Positions 53,949 through 64,000 of a stretch of DNA of 64,000 nt are shown in pieces. Below the pieces are notes generated by a model. That model was not told where the DNA came from and did no database searches. It was given only the letters and a program-made list of their open reading frames with translations. The translations under genes and the position numbers were made by a program. Every line of letters starts with the position of its first letter. Within the stretch, counting starts at the first letter, position 1. Source of the DNA: Eledone cirrhosa (taxonomy: Eukaryota); contig OZ024742.1 of assembly GCA_964016885.1 (NCBI GenBank), forward strand, positions 25,110,001 through 25,174,000. The letters run 5' to 3'.

Positions 53949-54180
53949 GTATATATATATATATATGTATATATATATGTATATATATTTATATACATAT
54001 ATATATATATGTATATATATGTACATATATATATATATGTATATATATGTACATATATATATATACATATATATATGTATATATATATATATATTTATTT
54101 ATACATACATATAAGTAAATATATATGTATAAATACATACATACACACACACATACACAGAGACACATACACACACACAC

Positions 54181-54226
<46 letters not shown>

Positions 54227-54983
54227 TTATACATAAAGATATATGTATATATGGATACATACATATACATGTGAAATCACACACAAACACATATAATTTG
54301 ATTTGATTTGGGTGACTTTTAAATAAGGCTTCTTAATTAAATTTATGTTTTTGTTCTTTATTTTCCGTTATTATTTCTTCTGGAACTTTCACTGTTGTGA
54401 AATTAAGTTTGGGACTTTTTTCTCTCTGTGTGTTTTTGTTTCTAATTTCATGGTCAACTGACCATTCCTGATTGGAACTCTCAGACAAAGACAGAATAAA
54501 TAATTGATTGAGGAATACTCGTTGTGGCATTGCTAAAGGAGACACTGGAGGTTTACATACTTTGCTCCACATTTTTGTAGTTGTTGTGGTTGTTTTGTTG
54601 TTGTTTGTTGTTTGTTGTATAATCTTATATTTCAAATATTTAATGTTTAGTTTTGTAGAAAATTGGTGACTCCTTCTCACATCAGAATTTCAGGCATACA
54701 CACTCACTTATACATGGATGCATGCACATGCTCACGCATACATATATATACATACATGCCCATAGAGACACATATGTATAAATATAATCATAAACACATA
54801 CACATACTCATGTATGTATTGACAAACACATGCATACATACACACACACACTCTCTCTCACACACGTATATATATATATGTTAAACCCTCATTTAACTCT
54901 TCCTAAGCATGAAACTAATAAGACTTTGTGTTTTTGCACCACTGTGCTAGTCTTGTCTATTTGTGTTCGTGTGTGTGTGTGAA

Positions 54984-55043
<60 letters not shown>

Positions 55044-55239
55044 AATTCACAAGTTGTTAAACAACTGCACAAATACGAACTGGCAGGTGACATATATACG
55101 TACATAAATATATGTATATATATATATATATATATATAAATATATATATATATATGTATATATATATACATATATTTATGTACGTATATATGTCACCTGC
55201 CAGTTCGTATTTGTGCAGTTGTTTAACAACTTGTGAATT
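55044..55239. repeat. Perfect inverted repeat centred on a (TA)n tract
   Basis: aattcacaagttgttaaacaactgcacaaatacgaactggcaggtgacatatatacgtacataaata and its exact reverse complement. Confidence 0.95.
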
Positions 55240-56805
55240 GTGTGTGGTATGAGGTAAATAGAGAGAAGATATATGGACCTAGTTGTGACAACCACCTCTT
55301 AAGAGAAGGTAATAAAGATATCACCTATGGCTATTTTGTGAGTTTGTTGGCTTGTCTCAAACATGATTTGAGGGATACTGCAGGGCCCTTTGTTATGGCA
55401 TGTGATTGAGTAGCATGTCTTCTCCTTTTCCTATTTTTTTTTTCTATTATTTTCTGAATTTTGATTATTTGTATACATACATACATTCATCCTCATCATC
55501 ATCATTGTCTCCATTTATCAGCCCCTTCCCTCTCCCCCTGCTAGTATGGGTTAGCTAAGCAGTCTTATTGTTAGATAAGTCAGAACAGATGACCATATCT
55601 TGATCATACAGAACTTTTCTGGCTTGATTTCTATGGTTGGATACCCTTTCTAACACCAACCATTGAAATAAATAATATTTTCAGAGTTGTATCACAATGC
55701 CCAAGTTGCTTTCAAAATTATATAAACATTCCCTGTGTTCCTCTCTTGTTGCAGATTAATACACTGAGCTATTGAGATTTACATTTATTAACCAAGGTAC
55801 AGCTATGTAAGTTTTGCCTCTCTATTCTTTCTTTCTACTGTTTGGGGCCGGGAAACAAAGGGCAGTGCCCAAAGCCCTCTCATGGTAGAGTAGAAGGAAG
55901 ATATATGTTTTCAAGTATTTTAATTGCCATAGAGTAGACATCACTGAAGGTACTTAACGGCCAGGTGGTAAAGTGGTTGTTAAGAAAAAGAGCATCCAGC
56001 TGAAGAAGACTTGCAAAACTAATATATGGGGAGGACTCTATAGCTGTGACAAAGACATGACAACCTCCTTGTTGCTGAAAATGTACATGACACACATACT
56101 CAGTGCACAGTTTAAATTGGTTGTTGACAGGCAGGGTAACCAGCCATAGGAAACCTGCCAATCAAAAGGTTGTGGGTTGTCTTCATCATTATCATCATCA
56201 TCCTGTTTTTGATTTTGCAGGACACAATAAATCCTTAAATAGGGGTAGGTCCGGCCTGACAGCTCTCCTTAGCATCCAGCTCCATGTGTTTCTGTCCACC
56301 AGTCTCAACCCTTTCTTGATCCCAATGGTTATCTTAGATGCAAGTTCTTTTTGGTCTCCCTGGGTCTCTACTGGCTCATGGACCAACATTCATCGCTTTG
56401 TTGATCCAGCCATCACTGTGCATGCATCTTCTTGAAGCACATCATTAATGTCATCTATCAGCAGTCTTTTCAGGAGCTCAGTTGAGCTGACATCATCCTG
56501 AGTGGTCACACCGCACAACCAGCAGGTCATAGATCGGTCATTTCTTTTGAGCCAATTCAAATGTGTCAAAGATATGACAACATCTCTAGTGCATGTGTCA
56601 CAATAAAATCAACTCAGTAATGTGTAGGATTGTATGTAAGCTCAAGCCATCAGCACTCAAACATAAGTGGGTTCCTGGTTTGTTGTGGTCAGTACCTCTG
56701 CTTTGAGTTCCAATCTCGTCTGCTGACAAACCATCTAACCCTTGCTAGCAAGGTGAACACATGTGGAATGAAACTGTCATGATGATATATGTATATACAT
56801 ATGTG

Positions 56806-56841
<36 letters not shown>

Positions 56842-56908
56842 ATTATATATATATATATATATAGTGACAAAACATAAGTCAATTGCATGAACTCATAATC
56901 CTTTATTT

Positions 56909-56966
56909 ACTGCTATATATATATTTCGATGATAGCCATTGAGTGGCTATGACCTCATCAGGCAGT
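56909..56966 (-). ncRNA. Minimal type I hammerhead ribozyme
   Basis: Minus strand: actgc-CTGATGA-ggtcatagcca(ctcaa)tggctatcatc-GAAA-tatatata-TA-gcagt; canonical G10.1-C11.1 pair. Confidence 0.8.
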
Positions 56967-57076
56967 TAGTCAGTTCTTAGATATGCCAGCTCTGTGTTTA
57001 TGGTGTTGATTGTATCAGAGCCTTGGGACATATGAGCTTGTTAGGAATAATTTAATGTTGTCAGCAGGAATAATCT

Positions 57077-57382
57077 TCATCATCATCATCATCACCGTTT
57101 TACGTCCGTTCTTCCACGCTAGCATGGGTTAGACGGGTTGTCCTGTTGTGGGCAGTGTCTGGTCGGCTGACCATGCCTTGCTCATACAGGAACTGATCTG
57201 GCTTGATTTCTACAGCTGGATGCCCTTCCTAACACCAACCTCATCTACAGTGAGTGCTGGGTGCTTTTTCGTGGCGCCTACACGTCCACTTTACAGTGTG
57301 GGCTGGGTGCTTTTTTGCCGTGGCACCTCCACGACCACCTTGCGGTGGGGGGGGGGGGGGGGGGGGCATATTGTTTATATAT
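57077..57382 (-). mobile_element. 5'-truncated RTE 3' UTR copy
   Basis: Colinear with 20010-20300 and 28075-28370. Confidence 0.75.
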
Positions 57383-57448
57383 CTTATATATATATATACA
57401 TATACAATTGATATTAAATAAATGGAAACTATATTTATAAAACCATAT

Positions 57449-57512
57449 ATATTCTATTATATATATTTCAAGGGTACCAACAATTTTGGTACGCTATCAT
57501 CAGATAAAATAC
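57449..57512 (-). ncRNA. Minimal type I hammerhead ribozyme within a PLE-terminus-like fragment (57405-57700)
   Basis: Minus strand: gtattttat-CTGATGA-tagcgtaccaa(aattg)ttggtaccctt-GAAA-tatata-TA-atagaatat; 9-bp stem I including G-U pairs. Confidence 0.8.
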
Positions 57513-58152
57513 AAAATGTTTTATAAATATTTGACATGACCAAGGATGATATACCTTAACAGTTCAAGTTATTCCTGGAAAGTCATTTATTCCATTTATT
57601 TAATATCAATTGAATACTTACTCCAGAAATCTGTCGAGTGCTTTGAATCAGTTGTAAACATCTATATTTATTGGATTTCCAACAAATTAAATATCTCTTA
57701 TACATATATATATATATATATATATAAACGGAAAAAATGAAACGAAATTTCATTTCCCACTCTTAGTACGGCTGTTACTTAAATATAAGTATGTACACGT
57801 ACATACATATATGTATACAGACGTACAGTAGTATGTATATATACATACATGCACACATATATATATGTACGTATGGATTCACCGAACATTTATTATAATG
57901 CTCGGTGTGCTTGTAAACAAACATCCCGTATTAAGCCGTAGTGTCCAGCAACCATCGTTGCTCGTTTGTTCAACACTGACAAAGGAACGCTGTACTAGTT
58001 TTAAGCTTAATAGCTATCGTCAGCAACGTATACCTTCCTGCCAGATTGTTGAACGTATATACTTACCTTATGCATATTAACAGCTGAGAAGCCCAATTTG
58101 CATATCGAGTGGGTTATATATATACAATTACACATATACATACACATATGTA

Positions 58153-58186
<34 letters not shown>

Positions 58187-58195
<9 letters not shown>

Positions 58196-60960
58196 TGTCC
58201 CCTCGTTATCGAGTATGGCCATTGCATAAAAATAATATATATATACATATACATACATATATATATATATATATACATATACATACACACACACATACAT
58301 ATATATTAATAACAATAATAATAACAACAATAATAATAACTACAACAACAACAATAATAATATACATATATATATATACACACACACGCACACACATAAA
58401 CATATCTATACACACACACACACACGATAGCAACTAACAGCGCTGCGATCGAATGTGGCTTTTTAGCCCAGCCAATGATCTAAAATGTCTTGCACAGAGT
58501 CGGCAACCAAAACATTCACTGGGAATAGTCGGCTGTAGTTGGAGTTCATGTACTTTTGCATGTCGCTTGAGCCCTCCTGCTGATTTACATTCTCTACCAC
58601 ATGTTTGACAAGCATGATGAGTAGCATCTCCAACAGCAGCCTGGTAGTCAACCACTGGTCTTACTTTATGACTGCGAAGATGACTTTCGAGTCCAGCTTT
58701 GCTTAGGCAGCATCTCGCACAGACACTGCTTGTCAGCACCATAGGAGGACCCTCGCCGTCTGGAAGTGCAACAGCAATGCCCTCCCTCACATCCCGCTTT
58801 ACTTTCTCGTATGCGATTCGAGATTCCTTAAAGGCAACTTTTCCCTCATATACAGTCTTTCTCCATTTATTACGATCAGCAGCAATATTTTCCCATGTAT
58901 CAGCAGAGATGTTAGCATCTTTCAAAGAGGCTTTCAAGGAATCCTTATACATCTTTTTTGGTTTATGTGGCGGTCGGTTTCATTTAACTAACTCTCCATA
59001 AAAGAGTTGTTTTGGTATTCTAGAATCCTTCATTCTGGCAAGGTGACCACTCCAACGGAGTCGTTGCTTAAGCACAAGAGCTTCTATACTGTCACACATA
59101 GAGCTTTCCAAAATCTCGACATCACTGATGTGGTCCCCCCAGTGAACGCCATGGATCCATCTGAGACACATCTGATGGAAACGCTCCAATTGCTTAAGGT
59201 GGTGTCGATATGTGACCCAGGTCTCGCAGACATAAAGAAGACAAGAGAGCACACATGCCTTGTACACCCTTACCTTTGTCTTCTTGCATATGTCTCACCG
59301 ACCCCAGAGTCGCCTTTCTAGCTTTCCGAAAGCATCACTTGCTTTCCTAATCCTAAGTGAGATTTCACTATCAAGGTTGCTGTATCGATTGACAGTGCTT
59401 CCCAGGTAGACAAACTGATCAACCACTCCAAGTCGTTTACCATACACATAGATATTTGGTTCACTGTACTGCTTACCAGGGGCAGGTTGGTACATGACGA
59501 TGGTTTTCTTGAGACTGACAGTCTATCCTAGGGCAGTGCAAGCGTCAGAAAATGCATTCAAAATGTGCTGCATATCACTCTCTGTGTGCGCTACAAGATC
59601 GCAATCATCTGCATACAGATGAGGTTTCTTATGATTGATGTAAATACTTTTGTCTTTGCAGCAAAGCGCCTGATCTTAAATATGCTGCCTGAGGTTCGAT
59701 ATCGGATGTAAACACCATGCTCGCAATTCCTGAATGCAATACAGAAAACCATTGCAAAGTATATGGCAAACAGGGTCGGTACTGGAATATCCCCGTTTCA
59801 CTCCATTTTTTACTGAGATAGGCTCCGACATTAACCAAAGCCTTCATGTCGTCATGGAAAGACCTAACTAAAGCAAGGAACTTATCAGGGCAACCAAGTT
59901 TCTGGAGAACCTTCCATAATGCATTTCTGTTAACAGTATCGAAAGCTTTTGTCAGATCGACAAAAACCTGATACAGATCCAAACCTTGTTCCATGCACTT
60001 CTCCTGGAGCTGACTAGCTGAGAAGATCATATCAGTAGTGCCGCGTCCAGCACAAAAACCAGATTGTATTTCAGGAAGAACATAATCTGCAATGTGTGCC
60101 AGCAGACGGTCCAGAAGCACCCTACATAAAACTTTCCCTACGACAGAAAGCAATGATATACTTCTTTAGTTCCCACAATAATTCCTGTTACCCTTTCCCT
60201 TGTACAAGACCACCATTACTGCATCTCTCCAGTCCTCAGGTACGGATTCATTAGCCCATATCCTGCCAAACAAAGAGTGAAGATGTTGCAGGAGTCTCTC
60301 ACCACCATATTGTAGGAGCTCAGCATGTATGCCATCCATACCTGGAGACCTTTCACTGTTCAGCTTCGAGATAGCCACTGCAACCTCCACAAGTGTCGGA
60401 GGTTCTGCGAGAGCTACTTTCACAGGACTTTCTGGAATGAGATTGAGGAAATCTTCACTGACGACAGACGGCTGATTCAAAAGATCATCAAAGTGCTCTC
60501 GCCACCTTCATAGAATTCCTTGTGAGTCACGAAGAAGTTCTTTGCCATCCTTGCTGCGAAGCGGTGTCACCAGAGAAGAAGACGGTCCATAAACTTCACG
60601 CAAGAGACTGTACAACAGCTTTGTGTTATTGGAATCTGACGCAGTTTGTATCTCACCAGCCTTCTCACTCCACCACTGATCCTTCATCTGAGAAAGACTC
60701 TGCCTAACACGTGATTTTACATCCTTGAGTTCCTCATGCAACGTATTCCTCTCCTGTGGTTTTGCTGTCAAGTAGCGTGACAGAGCACGCCTCTTATCAG
60801 CCAACAAGTCTTCTATATGTACATCATTCTCATTAAACCAGTCCTGATGTTTTCTCTGCACCAATCCCAGAACACGCCTGCCTACATCATAAACCGACTT
60901 TTTAAGGGTCAGCCAATCCTCACCAAGATCTGCAACCTGCATCTCTTCTTGCAATGTCCT
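58187..60960 (-). mobile_element. RTE-BovB-like LINE, 5'-truncated, frameshifted
   Basis: Six colinear ORF fragments: SPGMDGIHAEL, FVDLTKAFDTVNR, LYADDCD (~59600), FVYLGS, LRWSGHLARM, C2H2-like fingers. A probable 3' terminus atggccatactcgataacgaggggacagccatc at 58187-58225 is separated from the ORF by microsatellite. Confidence 0.92.
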
Positions 60961-60987
60961 CTATACATACATACATACATACATAAG

Positions 60988-61020
<33 letters not shown>

Positions 61021-61699
61021 ATATATACACACACACACATATATATGTATGTTCAAATTCACACATATGTTCCTTCATGAAGGCTTATAAGAGAAAAGGT
61101 TTCATCTGATTTAATTCAATTTATCCAACACCAATTACACATACACACACACACATATAAACATACTTGCATAGGTAGTTGTATACATGCCAACACAAAA
61201 ACATATATATATATACTCACAAACATCCTCATGTTAGAACTGAAATACACATATATATATACATATTTGGGTATACATGTATATACACAAAAACATATAT
61301 ACAGACCTCCCTAATATGTATATATGTATGTGTATGTGTATATACACACACAATACATTCGTACACACTTATACGCATAGACACTCATATACTGATTCTT
61401 ATACATATACATACACCATGTAATATCTCAATAGGCAGTCATTAATAATTTAATTAAATTATTTAACACTAATTAATCAGCTTCTTTTATTTGTGTTACC
61501 ATCAGACTGGAAAACCATATCTTCAGCAGCAGTGTGGAACATTGTAGTAAATATCAGGTCTGTCTGAGAAGTATCCGACTTTATAGCTTTTTTTTAAACT
61601 GTGGGCAATAGTAGCGTTACGGTGGGAAATGTATTCACAGTTGAGATTCTTAAAATCACGTGTGTCTGTGTGTGGATTTTTTCTTCTTTTTTTTCTTTT

Positions 61700-62370
61700 T
61701 TGCAAGCTCCCTGTATTCATCAGTCATAATCAGACAGCCTGCATTGGATGTATATCTTAATCATCGGCGTTTCATTTCACCCAATACTATCAACAAGGAT
61801 CCTCAGTTCTTGAGTAATATGATAATTGGAGAGGAGCCATTAATATAGCCCAGGAACTAAAGCTCAGTTATTGCAAAGGAAGCATGGACTTTTACCAAGG
61901 CTCTAAAATGTACTTCAGGTGTGCAGCAAATTCAAGATAATGCTGACTATTTTCTTCGACTACCAACACATTATGTATTATAAATGCACACCAGAAAGAC
62001 AAATAGTTACAAAGGAGAACTCCAGCATCTTTGTAATGTAGTTTGACACAAGAGACCTGATCTGTGGATATCACAAAACTGACAGGTTTATTGTGACACT
62101 TCACTAACTCCTTCATCACAGCTGATACAAGGGTTCTTGCCAAAAAGGGCAGTTTGCTCATTAGCCAGGCTCCCTACACATCAGACATGATCCCTTCTGA
62201 TTTGTGCTTATTTGCTAACATGAGGATGCCGTGGAAAAACTCCAGCTTTATGAGCTGAGAGGACATGATATAGGCTGTAACATCAGAGAGTCATTTTGGA
62301 AGAAGCATTTCAGATATGCTTAAAAAAGTAAAAAGTTAACTAGGCTAATTATGTGGAGACACATTGGTCA
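61700..62370 (+). pseudogene. Mariner transposase fossil
   Basis: NKDPQFLSNMIIGEE (~ITGDE), FFDY, HKRPDLW, FLAKKG, APYTSDMIPSDLCLF (~PYSPDLAPSDFWLF). Confidence 0.75.
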
Positions 62371-62769
62371 AACTTCAAAGGTCATTAGCAATTGAACTCC
62401 ACCAAGTATGGTTTCTTGCTTGTCATGTTTCCTTGCCATGAAGAATCTGTAGGGGAATTGCTTCTCTGGTCACCAGATGCAAAGTACCGCATGGGAAGTC
62501 CAAACATAACCAGCAGAACTCTTGTGGCGAAGGACACTGGCTCAACTGGACAGGATTTTTTTACTGTGATGAGAGATTGAGAATTCTTGAACACAAACTT
62601 TGTCTATGCCTTACCTTCAATGGAGAGATGACCCAAGAAGAGAAAGAGAGAGGAAGAAAGAGAATCTGAGAGAAGTATGGAGTGTTTTTTTCACAGCCTA
62701 AAGTTGGATACTTTATCGACAGAGCTCATATTCAGTTAATTGTTAAATAGTTGGCTACAGGAATGAAGT

Positions 62770-62772
62770 GGC

Positions 62773-62804
<32 letters not shown>

Positions 62805-62832
62805 CAGTAGTAGTAGTAGTAGCAGCAGCAGC

Positions 62833-62870
<38 letters not shown>

Positions 62871-63890
62871 ATGGTAGAACGGTAGAATTAGCTCCCAGAG
62901 ACAATTGAGAATTACTGAGCTAGAAAACAAAAACTGTTCTTTAATTTCTATTGTTAGTTATACTTCATTGGTTGTGTAATTGTAGTTCTGGCAGCAGTGC
63001 TATGGTGGTGGTGGTGGTGGTGGTGGTGGTAGTGGTGGTGATGGTGGTGGTGGTAGTGGTGGTGATGGTGGTGGTGGTGGTGGAGTGGTGGTGGTGGTGG
63101 TGGAGTGGTGGTGGTGGTGGTGGTGTTGTGGTGGGGCTGTTGTGGTGTTATGGTGGTGCTGTGGTATTGTTTGTGTAATTGTAGTTCTGGCAGCAGTGCT
63201 ATGGTGGTGTTGGGAGTGATGGTGGTGGTGGTAGTGATGGTGGTGGAGTGGTGTTGTGGTGGGGGTGTTGTTGTGGTGTTATGGTGGTGCTGTGGTATTG
63301 GTTGTGTAATTGTAGTTCTGGCAGCAGTGCTACTGTGGTGGTGGTGGTGCTGCTGTTGCTGGTGGTGGTGATGATGGTGTTGTGATGGTGATGGTGTTGT
63401 TGTGATGGTGGTGTTGTTGTTGTGGTGTTATGGTAGTGGTTGTGTAATTGTAGTTCTGGCAACAGGACTATGGAGGTGGTGGTGGTGCTGGTGGTGGTAG
63501 CAATTGTGATGGTGATGGTTTTGTTGTGATGGTGGTGGTGTTGTGGTAGTGGTTGTGGAATTGAAGTTCTGGCAGCAGTGTTATGGTAGTGGTGGTGGTG
63601 GTGTTGCGCTGTTGTTGGTGTGATGGTGTTATTGTGGTGTTGTAGTGGTGGTGGTGTGGTGCTAGCGATGGTGGTGTTGTGGTGATTATGTTCTTGTTGT
63701 GTAATTGTAATTCTGGCAGCAGTGCTACTGTGGTGGTGGTTGTGGTGTTCTGGTGGAGGTGTTATGGTGTTGTAGTGGTACAATTCTAGTTCTGGCAGTA
63801 GTGCTATGGTGGTGATGGTGGCAGTGGTGGCAATGTTGATTGTGGTGGTGTTTGTGGTGATGGTAATATTCTTGTTGGTGTTGTTGGTGT
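62770..63890. repeat. (GGT/AGT)n low-complexity array with about 7 recurring ~32-bp anchors
   Basis: Anchor ttgtgtaattgtagttctggcagcagtgcta at about 62972, 63172, 63302, 63440, 63553, 63697 and 63780. Confidence 0.9.
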
Positions 63891-64000
63891 AGCCATGATA
63901 CCTTACAACCATAATATATGAAAATTTCTCTTCACTTCTTTAAAAAAAAGCTCAAAAACCCTGACCTTTGGTATTCTTACATCAACACCCCACCAGCCAT

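Noticed and set aside
54333-54680. 115-aa minus-strand ORF in non-repetitive sequence
   Set aside because: No recognisable motif or splice context; cannot be supported without a search.
20860-55800. Scattered splice-like signals (donors ~20951 and ~26424; acceptors ~25106, ~32990, ~36785, ~55754)
   Set aside because: Could belong to a non-coding or UTR transcript, but no consistent open exon chain could be built.
58059-58105. atacttacct (U1 snRNA 5' end-like) near an octamer motif
   Set aside because: Downstream sequence does not resemble U1; more simply a minus-strand donor-like site or chance.
62965-63815. CRISPR-like repeat-spacer layout
   Set aside because: Eukaryotic context, low-complexity spacers of variable length, degenerate repeats, no cas genes.

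Overview
AT-rich, microsatellite-saturated animal DNA. The SINE and LINE repertoire suggests an octopus or other coleoid cephalopod (inference). I found no confident host protein-coding exon; most listed ORFs are (TA)n/(CA)n translation noise. The window is a dense set of transposon copies and fossils. (1) A young Penelope-like retroelement (PLE; RT with a YRDD motif, Cys linker, GIY-YIG endonuclease) forms a palindrome of at least 8 kb (arms 1-3755 and 4276-8038). It has a ~4 kb 3' UTR ending in a type I hammerhead ribozyme (HHR) with a very long stem II. (2) Five more HHR-like motifs sit in short fragments beside (TA)n arrays: three with intact cores, one point-mutated and one missing exactly the CUGANGA core. 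Several of these fragments carry small inversions. (3) A pogo/Tigger transposase fossil has a 36-bp/12-aa segment amplified about 17 times just before the second catalytic Asp. (4) An RTE-BovB-like LINE has three C-terminal C2H2-like fingers. (5) The rest includes mariner, hAT, piggyBac and Tc2-like elements, modular tRNA-SINEs with swapped tails, minisatellites, fold-back hairpins and one pre-miRNA-like hairpin.
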